Both the position numbers and the translations under genes were made by a program. Under the pieces are notes generated by a model, which was not told the origin of the DNA, ran no database searches, and worked only from the letters and a program-made list of their open reading frames with translations. A DNA stretch of 64,000 bases from Spirochaetota bacterium (GTDB taxonomy: Bacteria; Spirochaetota; UBA4802; UBA5550): the NCBI GenBank assembly GCA_963664815.2, contig CAXXHB010000003.1, forward strand, positions 544,001 to 608,000, given 5' to 3'. Below are positions 48,738-57,791 of the stretch, piece after piece. Numbering within the stretch: the stretch's first letter is position 1; every line of letters begins with the position of its first letter.

Positions 48738-50483
48738 TCAGTGAGCCATTACTACCTTTTCGAATTTATTGAGTATTGTTTTTCCGCTTGAGACGCTGTT
48801 TGCGCTTATATGTACATAATATAGCCCTATTCCAACCTTGTTTTTGTACTTGTTTGAACCGGACCACCCGTTTTCCTTTACATTCTGCCCGCCGCGTCTG
48901 AATGAGTCTTCAATAAGAGTTGCAACGGCTCTTCCTTTTATATCATAGATCCTTATTGTAACATATGCGTCCTCTGTAAGGTAATATGCCGGGTATGCGA
49001 CAGGATTATCAGCGGTCAATACATTGTTAAGTATTCGCACCGGCCATGGTTTGAAATTGATGGAATTACCTACATAGAATGTCCATTCAGCATCGTTGGG
49101 GCTTGATCCGGAATCAGAATCGACAAATGTGGATACGCCGGAGTTTTTCAGTTCCACGATAAACCGTACTGATGTTCCGCTTTTTATTATCTGGTTTATG
49201 CCTGTTGCCGTCGGTATTGTCGGGAGATATGCTGTCCATTTGTTGGGGGCAGTGCGTACTGAGGCAACTGAATCAAGGTCTGTCGGGAGACCGGTTTTGT
49301 TCGGCGCATTCAGCCCGTTTTCCATGTTTATAGCATCCAAGGCATAGGGAGAAAACCATATTATGCAGGCATCCGGCTGCTGGGTGGCCGTAACTGTATA
49401 TATGTCAACCTTTATACTTGTCTCCTGCAGTGTTCTGTTTGCAGGTACAGCCAGAGTGCTGAAATCGGAGTATGATGTTATACCGTCAGATATTGTTGCA
49501 GTAAGGGTTAATGGTTTTGTTGCTATACTCCTTGAACCTACCGGGGGGCCTGCATCAGCCTCGGTTATCTCATTGCCGAAAACATCTACAGCTGTGATGA
49601 AATAATTGTAAGTGGTAAAAAGTCCCAGATTAGGAATAGTTGTATATTTTCTCCCTGAAGCGTCAAAATGTCTAGCAGGGTCATTCGTTGGAGATATGGC
49701 CGGATTATTTGCAATACCCCTGAGAGTTGCATCGTTAGATCCGTTCCACAGTTTGTACGGGCCTGTAGTTGAAGTTGAAGATGCCCTGTAATAGACCCTG
49801 TATTCATAAAAATCCCGGTCGGTACCGGTACTGATTGGTGTCCAGTAAAAGGTTATTGAAGAGGTGGTGGAGGTAACCTCCACCACGGTTAATGCCGGGG
49901 TTCCCGATGATGGTGCGTCCAGATTGTCCCACCAGATGGAATTTGAAGTGCTGGATGTGAGGCTTGATACATAATCACCTGTGGCGGCAGTAGCAGTATA
50001 TGACCATTCCAGTGTACTTCCTGATGCAACAGTAAATAATGAGCAACCGGTAAAAGTGGAATTATATGGTACAACTGCAGTTCCGGTATGGGAACCTGAT
50101 GGAATAGTTACATTGAAAGTTCCTGTATTGGCTGGTGTTGCGACGTCTGTGAGTGTAATTGTAAATAATACATCTCCATACATAGGGGCACTACCTGAAC
50201 CGTTATTCATCTCAGCCGTCAGTTCTATTGATGTTCCCCCCTGTCCGTATCCTCTTAAATAGGCTGTTGCCAGGTAATTATCGCCGCTGCTTGTGGGCCC
50301 TTTACCTATTCCCCCTAAAAATCTTATATTTGTTACCGTAACAGCATAAGGGGGGGTCTGAGCCTCAAGCCGTAAAATGTGAAAATCTGTGATAACCGGA
50401 ATTATTGCAATCAGTGTAATAATTATTTTATTTTTTATATTTTTATGCATATTTTTTATTCTTAATCTTAAATAAATGCCCAT
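48738..50483 (-). CDS. Exported protein with fibronectin-III-like domain and C-terminal FlgD-type Ig domain
   Basis: SITFYWTP...YEYRVYY...YNYFITAVDVFGN (FN3-like); VTIRIYDIKGRAVATL...WSG.N...GLYYVHI (FlgD Ig). The start may be the ATG at 50450. Confidence 0.75.
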   Translation of the reverse strand: MGIYLRLRIKNMHKNIKNKIIITLIAIIPVITDFHILRLEAQTPPYAVTVTNIRFLGGIGKGPTSSGDNYLATAYLRGYGQGGTSIELTAEMNNGSGSAPMYGDVLFTITLTDVATPANTGTFNVTIPSGSHTGTAVVPYNSTFTGCSLFTVASGSTLEWSYTATAATGDYVSSLTSSTSNSIWWDNLDAPSSGTPALTVVEVTSTTSSITFYWTPISTGTDRDFYEYRVYYRASSTSTTGPYKLWNGSNDATLRGIANNPAISPTNDPARHFDASGRKYTTIPNLGLFTTYNYFITAVDVFGNEITEADAGPPVGSRSIATKPLTLTATISDGITSYSDFSTLAVPANRTLQETSIKVDIYTVTATQQPDACIIWFSPYALDAINMENGLNAPNKTGLPTDLDSVASVRTAPNKWTAYLPTIPTATGINQIIKSGTSVRFIVELKNSGVSTFVDSDSGSSPNDAEWTFYVGNSINFKPWPVRILNNVLTADNPVAYPAYYLTEDAYVTIRIYDIKGRAVATLIEDSFRRGGQNVKENGWSGSNKYKNKVGIGLYYVHISANSVSSGKTILNKFEKVVMAH

Positions 50484-50874
50484 ATATACCTTATCGTAAT
50501 AAACAATTTACTTCTTTATTATAGTTTCGTAAAGCATAATTGCTGAATAGAAAACAATTTTTATGTATGAATTATTTCAGGGGATATTCTTTAAAATTTT
50601 ATAGAAAAATGCATTAATTGAGTAATGCTGCTGGAAACGGAATGGCACAATATTATATTTAAAACTGAAAAATATTATACTTTTTACCGGATGAACAGGG
50701 TAGTATATCCCTACTTATCCGATTGGCTATTTATTGAGGAGTCTTTATCCTACAGACGGTGTATTTTCTTTTTTCTTACAAAAAACACGCACATCTTCAG
50801 GAATCATGGGTATTAAATATTTCAATCTTTGTTATTGAGTTGACATATCAACCGGTCCGACGTACCAATCAATT

Positions 50875-51057
50875 ATGATTGATAAAATTGTGAAAAAATG
50901 CAGACTGGATGATAATGATCTGATAAAATCCGATCTTGAATACTGGCTGTCACGCTCTCCCGGAGAGAGAATATCAGCTGTTGAAATTCTGCGGAGACAA
51001 TACCATGGAAATACAGCAAGACTTCAAAGAACTGTTAGAGTTATTCAACAGGTATAA
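50875..51057 (+). CDS. Small protein (YWLS...ERI.AVE.LR type), putative partner of the nucleotidyltransferase
   Basis: 60 aa; SDLEYWLSRSPGERISAVEILRRQ; overlaps the next gene. Confidence 0.65.
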   Translation: MIDKIVKKCRLDDNDLIKSDLEYWLSRSPGERISAVEILRRQYHGNTARLQRTVRVIQQV

Positions 51058-51457
51058 TGTAGAGTATATAATTGTCGGATCCTATGCCCTTGCTCATTAC
51101 GGGGCACCCCGGTATACAGGTGATATCGACCTGTATATCAGACCCTCGCATGAAAACGCCGGGAAAATTTTATCTGCCTTGAGTGATTTCGGGTTCGGAT
51201 CTCTGAATCTGTCAGTCGGGGATTTTTCTGTTCCCCAAATGGTAGTACAGCTTGGTTCTCCGCCGGTACGTATCGATATCATCACATCTATCACAGGCGT
51301 GGAATGGGAGGATGCATTTAAAAATAAAATTTCAGAATATTATGGAGATGTACCGGTTTTTTTTCTCGGGAAGGAAGAATATATAGCTAACAAGAGGGCC
51401 ATCGGCAGGAAAAAAGACATTGCCGACCTGGAAGCAATCGGGGCAGATACAGAATAA
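51005..51457 (+). CDS. Nucleotidyltransferase-fold protein (DUF6036-like)
   Basis: VEYIIVGSYALAHYGAPRYTGDIDL (G..A...R.T.DID), RIDII, NKRAIGRKKDIADLE; in-frame ATG at 51005. Confidence 0.82.
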   Translation: MEIQQDFKELLELFNRYNVEYIIVGSYALAHYGAPRYTGDIDLYIRPSHENAGKILSALSDFGFGSLNLSVGDFSVPQMVVQLGSPPVRIDIITSITGVEWEDAFKNKISEYYGDVPVFFLGKEEYIANKRAIGRKKDIADLEAIGADTE

Positions 51458-51524
51458 ATTTATTTCTTGAAATAAAATATCCTCTCTCTGATAATCTCTT
51501 TATTACTGAATAACGGAATTTTAA

Positions 51525-52241
51525 ATGACAGCATACTCTGATTACAAAATAGACAATGTCGACCCGTCAGACAAAAAGCGTTATATCCGCTCCATGTTCG
51601 ATTCGATTGTCCCTACTTACGATCTTCTGAACAGAATACTCTCCGGCGGAATTGACAACTTCTGGCGCAGGGATCTTGTGCGCCTTCTTAATGGTGCGGG
51701 AAGTAAAAGGACGCTTGATATCTGCTGCGGTACAGGTGATCTTACAAGGCAGCTTGTCAAGGGTGGGGGAGAGCTCTTCTCTCTCGATTTTTCATTCAAC
51801 ATGCTTAAAAAAGGGGTGGAAAAGGGGTGGCTTACGGGTGAGAATATATCAGCAGATGCAGGGAGACTCCCTTTTAAGAACATCAGTTTTGATTTTCTTA
51901 CCATTGCGTTCGGAATAAGGAATATCCCCGATGTGGACAACTTTCTTGCAGAATCTCACCGCGTGCTTAAACCGGGGGGAAAACTCCTTATACTTGAACT
52001 TACAAGACCGGATAATGCTTTTGTCCGTTTTTTTTACAATCTTTACCTTACAAAGATATTGCCGTTTATCGGCGGGTTGCTTTCCGGGAAACGGGAGGCA
52101 TATGGTTACCTCGCAGGGAGCATATCGACATTTCTTGACAGAGGTACTCTTATAGAAAGAATTAAGAATGCAGGATTTGCATCTGTCGATTTTAAAAGAA
52201 AAACATTCGGTGTTGCCACTATATATATCTGCGGGAAGTAG
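51525..52241 (+). CDS. ubiE: Ubiquinone/menaquinone biosynthesis C-methyltransferase
   Basis: MFDSI..YDLLN, LDICCGTGDL, AFGIRN, RVLKPGG, AYGYL. Confidence 0.9.
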   Translation: MTAYSDYKIDNVDPSDKKRYIRSMFDSIVPTYDLLNRILSGGIDNFWRRDLVRLLNGAGSKRTLDICCGTGDLTRQLVKGGGELFSLDFSFNMLKKGVEKGWLTGENISADAGRLPFKNISFDFLTIAFGIRNIPDVDNFLAESHRVLKPGGKLLILELTRPDNAFVRFFYNLYLTKILPFIGGLLSGKREAYGYLAGSISTFLDRGTLIERIKNAGFASVDFKRKTFGVATIYICGK

Positions 52242-52350
52242 GTTTTTTCATGATTATATTCAGAGAATATTTTTTATAAAAAGATTTCTCACCCGAAAAC
52301 CGGGCGGGATCTAAATGAAAGGGGAGTCTGTTGAACATAAATGAGGATTT

Positions 52351-53100
52351 ATGAATAAAAAAATACTGGTTCTGGGGCACCGGGGTTACAGAAAAAGGTT
52401 TCCGGAAAACACACTTCTTGCGTTTGCCAAGGCGTTTGAGTATGGTGCCGACGGGATTGAATGTGATGTTCAGAAATCATCAGATGGTGTATATTTTATC
52501 TTTCATGATGTTGAACTTAACCGGATGACCGGTTTTGGCGGGAATATAGGGACTTCAGCATCAGCGGTAATAAAGACTCTCAAGGCCGGAGAAGGGGAGT
52601 GTATCCCGGAATTCAATTCCTTTCTCGATTCGCTCCCCTCCGGTAAATTTATAAACATTGAATTAAAAGAGGAGACTCTATCAGTTGATGATTGCCCGAT
52701 AATCATCAACAAGCTTGGTGATAAAAAAAAGAAGGACAATATACTGATATCGTCATTCAACCATGGCCTCTTACCCCCATTTAAAAATGCCGGTTTCAGG
52801 ACAGGGATGCTTTTTGAAACTGCAGAACTGAAGAATAAGCCGGTAAGACAGATATGGGGAATTATCAGGCAGAGGCCCTGGTCGGTCAATCTGCCGGTTA
52901 ATGTTTTTACAGAAACAATGGCAATTCCGGTAAAGCTTTTTGTTGCTGTTGCGAAGGTTTTACGAATAAGGCTTGTTTTCTGGACGGTCAACAGCGAAGT
53001 GCAGTATAATGCGGTAAAGGATATCGCCTGTGTTGTAATTACTGATGATGTGGAAGGGATAATAGAAATTCGGGACAGTGAAAAGAGGCCGTTGATGTGA
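52351..53100 (+). CDS. Glycerophosphodiester phosphodiesterase
   Basis: GHRG, PENTL, GIECDV, FHD, NIELK, WTVN, ITDD. Confidence 0.92.
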   Translation: MNKKILVLGHRGYRKRFPENTLLAFAKAFEYGADGIECDVQKSSDGVYFIFHDVELNRMTGFGGNIGTSASAVIKTLKAGEGECIPEFNSFLDSLPSGKFINIELKEETLSVDDCPIIINKLGDKKKKDNILISSFNHGLLPPFKNAGFRTGMLFETAELKNKPVRQIWGIIRQRPWSVNLPVNVFTETMAIPVKLFVAVAKVLRIRLVFWTVNSEVQYNAVKDIACVVITDDVEGIIEIRDSEKRPLM

Positions 53101-53310
53101 TGATTAACCAGGCTTTTTGTCTGAACACGATTCCGGGATTCAGCGATTGCCGGTATTTTGTGAGAATATATTTTTGCTGAATCGTGAAAATCATTTAATT
53201 TTGTTCAGTGTATGCTGATAAAGTGAAGTTTATTTTTAATTTAACCTTTTTATTATATTACCACAATATAGGAATTGATTTTACGGTTTAGTACAATATG
53301 AGGAATTTAA

Positions 53311-53871
53311 ATGGAGAAATGGGAGATAAGGAAACAGAAAGTAGATATTAAGAACAGAATTTTTACCATGAGGAATCTTGATTGTCTGCATAAAACGAAG
53401 AATGTTCAGAACGATTTCTATGTTATTGATACTTTTAACTGGATCAATGTTGTTGCTCTCACTACCGATGGAAGGTTTATCCTCGTCAGGCAGCATAGGC
53501 TGGGGACAGATGAGATCTCGATTGAAACTCCCGGGGGAGTTATTGATGACGGGGAAAACCCTGAAGACTGTGCGGTAAGGGAGCTTCGTGAAGAAACCGG
53601 TTATATCGGCAGCTCTGTTCACCTGCTTAAAAGTTTATGGGTCAATCCGGCAATTATGAGCAACAGGATAAGCTTTTATTTCATTGACGGATGCGAACTT
53701 TCAGCCTCACAGGATCTGGATGAAGCCGAGGATATTGAGGTAGTTACAGTAACTGTTAACGAACTGTCAGAGATGATAGGGAATGGAGAGTTCAGCCATT
53801 CCATAGCGGTAACCGGCCTTGGTCTGTATTTCCTCTCCCGGCATAACAGGTTTGGAGAGGTTAAACTTTAA
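53311..53871 (+). CDS. NUDIX hydrolase (ADP-ribose pyrophosphatase-like)
   Basis: Nudix box GGVIDDGENPEDCAVRELREETGY. Confidence 0.92.
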   Translation: MEKWEIRKQKVDIKNRIFTMRNLDCLHKTKNVQNDFYVIDTFNWINVVALTTDGRFILVRQHRLGTDEISIETPGGVIDDGENPEDCAVRELREETGYIGSSVHLLKSLWVNPAIMSNRISFYFIDGCELSASQDLDEAEDIEVVTVTVNELSEMIGNGEFSHSIAVTGLGLYFLSRHNRFGEVKL

Positions 53872-54721
53872 CTGAGCCGTTTCTGTATCTGCTGATAAAA
53901 TTTTCACCATCCTTTCTTCCAAGATCATATGCACCCTGCAGTCCTGCAGGGTTGGTATAATCCCATTTGGAAACCGGCGGGGTAACTGAAGGCTGTACGT
54001 ATAGCCTTCCCGGGATCTGTGGAATTCTGTCCTCCCTGTGTATTCTCGACATCAGAACCAGCATTTTACCTTTTTTTTCATCGTCACCAATTGCAGACAC
54101 AGGAACGTTGTCTATTATGCCTCCGTCCAGGGATATTTTCCCCCTGTGTTTCATAATGGGGAGAAAGGGGGGTGTGCAGGATGAGCACATTACAAGATCT
54201 GCAACCTCTTCCGCTGTATCACAATCATTGAGTCTGGCCACTACAGGTTTGTATCCAAGGGCGGACGCCAGTTTCGGGTGTACCGGATGCATAGTGTGTT
54301 TCTCCAGCACATAAGCGAGCAGTCCGACAGCTGTACCGGAACGCGCACCGAGATAAAATGGAGGTGTGGTAATCAATATTCTTACCTCCGGTCCTGATTT
54401 AAAGCGATTCAGGGCTTCCATTGTAGCAGTTTTTAAAACTGTTTCCCTGTATATCCGGTAATGTGGGAATACAGGTTCTTTTTTAAGAAAGTTGCTCATG
54501 TAAAAGTTTTTTTTGTTCGCCGCAGTGGCTTCCTTTATCATAGCGAGCCCAATATCTGCCGTCCCTCCCATTATCATCCCTGCCATTGCGGCGCCAGCGC
54601 TTACACCTGCGACAATATCGGGACAAAGTTGCAATTCAGGGGATACTGTATGCCAGAATCCAACCTGCCACATACATCTGCTTCCTCCGCCTGAGAATAC
54701 GGCTGTTTTAAAATCTTTCAT
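53861..54721 (-). CDS. Patatin-like phospholipase
   Basis: GGGSR, GVSAG (GxSxG) and DGG motifs. Confidence 0.9.
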   Translation of the reverse strand: MKDFKTAVFSGGGSRCMWQVGFWHTVSPELQLCPDIVAGVSAGAAMAGMIMGGTADIGLAMIKEATAANKKNFYMSNFLKKEPVFPHYRIYRETVLKTATMEALNRFKSGPEVRILITTPPFYLGARSGTAVGLLAYVLEKHTMHPVHPKLASALGYKPVVARLNDCDTAEEVADLVMCSSCTPPFLPIMKHRGKISLDGGIIDNVPVSAIGDDEKKGKMLVLMSRIHREDRIPQIPGRLYVQPSVTPPVSKWDYTNPAGLQGAYDLGRKDGENFISRYRNGSVKV

Positions 54722-55158
54722 TTTTTTTCATCACTCTCTGAATAGCATTCATTGATATTCTCATCAAACTCTTTAGAAATAATAGTCAGACAGAGAATTT
54801 CATCAGAATCAATCTCCCTGAAAAAAATATAACGCCATGCTCCATCCGCATTAGAGGAAATGCACCCGTTTCTGTCAGATAATATTTTCTGAACAAAAGC
54901 GTACCCGCTGAGGTCATAATTAATAAGGGCTTTTTTAGGATGGTATGAAATTTTTCCATCACTGCGGATAATATAAAAATATCCTTTTTCACCGATTATT
55001 TTATCGTCGAGTTTATATATATATTTTCTGTCTTTTTTAATGGATTCAGCAGTTGACTGCAGTTCACTATAAACATTCCTGTCTGTCAGCTGCATACCTG
55101 AACAGCAAAGGTTGAAAAGGGATAATGTGGTTAAAGCTGTTAAAATTATTATTCTCAT
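54718..55158 (-). CDS. Small lipoprotein with a stand-alone Cache-like domain
   Basis: Lipobox-like LFNL-C; IGEKGYFYII..DG.I.YHP Cache motif; ATGA overlap with the patatin gene. Confidence 0.7.
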   Translation of the reverse strand: MRIIILTALTTLSLFNLCCSGMQLTDRNVYSELQSTAESIKKDRKYIYKLDDKIIGEKGYFYIIRSDGKISYHPKKALINYDLSGYAFVQKILSDRNGCISSNADGAWRYIFFREIDSDEILCLTIISKEFDENINECYSESDEKK

Positions 55159-55529
55159 GATAACGATGTTCTTTCAGTATTCAATTTTTTAATCCCTGCG
55201 TACACGCGCAATGAGTGCATTGCTGAATATTTCACTTATAATGAGCATTTCACGAATGAATCAGCATATTTTGCCCTTCGTACTATTTTATCATGGTTGA
55301 GCGGAGACAAAACCAGATAGTAATATCTATTCAATCGTTAACTGCTATAACTAAATAATAACGATTTTTTGTCAATTTTTTGAGAGAAACAAATGAAAAA
55401 AGATTGTAACTTCAAAAATGTATGAGGTTATTGTTTTTTATTGCAATAAAACTCAGTAATGTTATCAACTTCAACGTTTGTGAACGCTGAAGTTTTTAGG
55501 TTAAATTACATGGCTGATTCAATCAATAT

Positions 55530-56165
55530 ATGACCGGGAACAGAATGAAGAAGACCATAACCACACTTATGCTGTTCATTGCGGCTGCATGCTATGCGGA
55601 AGACAAATTCTCCATGGGTCTTACTGCAGGATATCAGCATGATATGGGTATGCTTTCAGATAAATACGGTATTCAGGCGCTTGTACAGCAGAATTTTTCA
55701 GCAGGGCTTGTTCTTAAGCTCGATATGAGCAGACTCTTCCTCAGATCCGGTGCCGAGTATTCGTATCCTCTGAAAAAAGGCAAGATTATTAACGACAGCG
55801 CCGGAGATGTAACAGGGACTGCCGCATCTTTTATTGAAGTGCCGGTATACGCAGGGATTAATCTCACCATACGGGATTTCGGACTTGTTTATATGGGTGG
55901 GGGCGGTTCATACATTTTCGGGACCGGTTATGTCAAAACTACGGGTGATGATAAAAAGATAAATGAACAGATTTTCGGCTGGGGACTTATTTCCGGAATT
56001 GAATATGAAATTTACGGCAATGCTTCTCTTATTGTCGAGTGGGAGTATATGGCGGGCAGAACATCTCCGGTAGCATCCACTAATGGTTCATATGATGACT
56101 ACTACATAGACTATTCAGGGCAGAGAATCAGGTTTGGTGCAGTATATCATTTTGGAAGATATTGA
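55530..56165 (+). CDS. Outer-membrane beta-barrel, OmpL1-like paralogue 1
   Basis: Signal peptide; FLRSGAEY, IEVP.Y.G, VYMGGG.SY; C-terminal AVYHF beta-signal-like strand. Confidence 0.72.
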   Translation: MTGNRMKKTITTLMLFIAAACYAEDKFSMGLTAGYQHDMGMLSDKYGIQALVQQNFSAGLVLKLDMSRLFLRSGAEYSYPLKKGKIINDSAGDVTGTAASFIEVPVYAGINLTIRDFGLVYMGGGGSYIFGTGYVKTTGDDKKINEQIFGWGLISGIEYEIYGNASLIVEWEYMAGRTSPVASTNGSYDDYYIDYSGQRIRFGAVYHFGRY

Positions 56166-56171
56166 GTTTCT

Positions 56172-56879
56172 ATGAAAACACTGAAGTATATTATAATAAT
56201 TACATTAATCCTTTTTCCGGTTATATCATATTCCGCTGAAGTATCAGTGTCAACACGACTGGGATACTCTCCTGCTGTTGGGGGCTCAATGAGCTCCGGA
56301 TGGCAGAAAGAAAACCTCGGTGCTTTTGACGGGATTAACAGCATAAACAGTTCTTCTGATACCCTGGCGGTTTCTACGGTCAAAGTCCCGACAGCATTAA
56401 TTGCCGGGGCAGATTTAAGAATCATATCTGAATATATATATTTCAGGACAGGGATTGAATATCTCTACCAGAACTCGGGTGGTGAAGGGTCAACGCTGAA
56501 TCCTGCCGGTACTGAAGTTGTGAATGTTACTTACAGCCAGTGGTCATTTGATGTTCCTCTTACTATGGGGGTGTCAATTCTGTTCTGGGGAGAGACCCGT
56601 GTCTACATGGGAGCAGGGGCGGCGTATGCTTGTGGCACATACAGTAACAGCTTTAAATCGGCATCCCTGAATCACAGCGGTAGTTTTACAGGTTCCGCCT
56701 TTCCTCTTGTTGCCGAGTTCGGGTGCGAGTATCTGTTGAATGAAAAGGTTATTATCGGTTGCGATATTAAGCACCTGAGTGGAAAGAGTAAGGTAATAAC
56801 AGATGGCACAGATTATGCACGGGTTGATTTCACAGGTTTTCATATTACCGCATCGGCGGCTCTTTATTTTAATTTATAA
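56172..56879 (+). CDS. Outer-membrane beta-barrel, OmpL1-like paralogue 2
   Basis: FRTGIEYLYQNSGG...VVNVTYSQWSFDVPLTMGV...VYMGAG resembles, from memory, the Leptospira OmpL1 core (RVAAEYTQKISGG...IVDMTW....VIPATVGI...IYMGAG). Confidence 0.75.
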   Translation: MKTLKYIIIITLILFPVISYSAEVSVSTRLGYSPAVGGSMSSGWQKENLGAFDGINSINSSSDTLAVSTVKVPTALIAGADLRIISEYIYFRTGIEYLYQNSGGEGSTLNPAGTEVVNVTYSQWSFDVPLTMGVSILFWGETRVYMGAGAAYACGTYSNSFKSASLNHSGSFTGSAFPLVAEFGCEYLLNEKVIIGCDIKHLSGKSKVITDGTDYARVDFTGFHITASAALYFNL

Positions 56880-56898
56880 GGTTAACCGGAAGTAATCA

Positions 56899-57600
56899 GT
56901 GAAATATATTAAAATTACATTGCTGCTTATATTTCTGTGTGTTGATTTACATGCAGGGGGAATGTTCAACGTGGGATTTATGGCAGGTGCCGCTGATGAT
57001 GCAGGGGGTGTTGATAAAATTGACGGTGACATTAACATGGAAATGAGATCAACTGCAGGAGCAACTGTCGCGGAGCTTGATACGACATACTCCCCGGTTT
57101 TTTCGATAAACCTTGGTTATGTAAGCGATTCACTTATGATTCAGGGGGGCTGGGAGTATACTACAAATGTGTTTTATAAATCAAGGGGCTCAATAAAAAC
57201 CGGCAGTACAGCGAATGAAATTGAAGTAACATTTTCAAGATTTACTGTACCACTTTCTCTGGGGATAGCTATTCCCCTTACGGACAGGGACAGTATCTAT
57301 TTTGCGGGGGGAGTTAATATGAGCTATGTGATTCTGGAGGTAAAACAATCCAGTCCATCCTCAGCTCCGCTTTCAGCATATCCCGCAGGTTCACTCCATT
57401 ACACTGCATTTATATCCGGTTCGCATCTGAAGTGTGGCGGAGATATTCGGTTGAGCAGGAATTATTCATTTGCCATGGAGTTTACACAATATTTCGGCAA
57501 TACTAAAAAAGTTGAAAACGAAGAGAAAAACAGTAAAATTCTGCTGGGCGTAAACTCCTTTGAGATTACAGCGGGGATTAATTATAACATTGACATATAA
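56899..57600 (+). CDS. Outer-membrane beta-barrel, OmpL1-like paralogue 3
   Basis: GTG start; GGWEY, FTVPLSLGI, IYFAGG, AGINYNI; same strand pattern as its neighbours. Confidence 0.72.
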   Translation: MKYIKITLLLIFLCVDLHAGGMFNVGFMAGAADDAGGVDKIDGDINMEMRSTAGATVAELDTTYSPVFSINLGYVSDSLMIQGGWEYTTNVFYKSRGSIKTGSTANEIEVTFSRFTVPLSLGIAIPLTDRDSIYFAGGVNMSYVILEVKQSSPSSAPLSAYPAGSLHYTAFISGSHLKCGGDIRLSRNYSFAMEFTQYFGNTKKVENEEKNSKILLGVNSFEITAGINYNIDI

Positions 57601-57655
57601 TTTTGAAATAATGGTAACCCCTTAACATAATTTTAGTGTAAAACAAACTATTATA

Positions 57656-57684
57656 TCTCCCCGCCTCCTTTGTCGGCGGGGAGA
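57656..57684 (+). terminator. Terminator hairpin after the beta-barrel cluster
   Basis: TCTCCCCGCC-9 nt-GGCGGGGAGA, perfect 10-bp stem. Confidence 0.65.
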
Positions 57685-57791
57685 ATAGAGAATTTTCTGT
57701 TAAAAAGTACAGGAATTATTATTGATTTTGAAAAAGTAAATCATGAAAATATTTATATAGGGGTTGTTATTTCGTTGAGGTCTTTAATATT

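Noticed and set aside
50625-50816. 63-aa ORF upstream of the putative TA pair
   Set aside because: AT-rich spacer with no RBS or motif; likely spurious.
36988-51457. Surface-protein cluster as a mobile genomic island
   Set aside because: No integrase, transposase, tRNA target or flanking direct repeats are visible.
53137-53186. GATTCAGCGA...TTGCTGAATC inverted repeat after the GDPD gene
   Set aside because: Large loop and no further support; at most a weak terminator or stability hairpin.
53311-54721. Patatin plus NUDIX as a CBASS-like defence locus
   Set aside because: The genes are convergent and no CD-NTase is adjacent. The NTase at 51005 is small, of a different type and separated by housekeeping genes.
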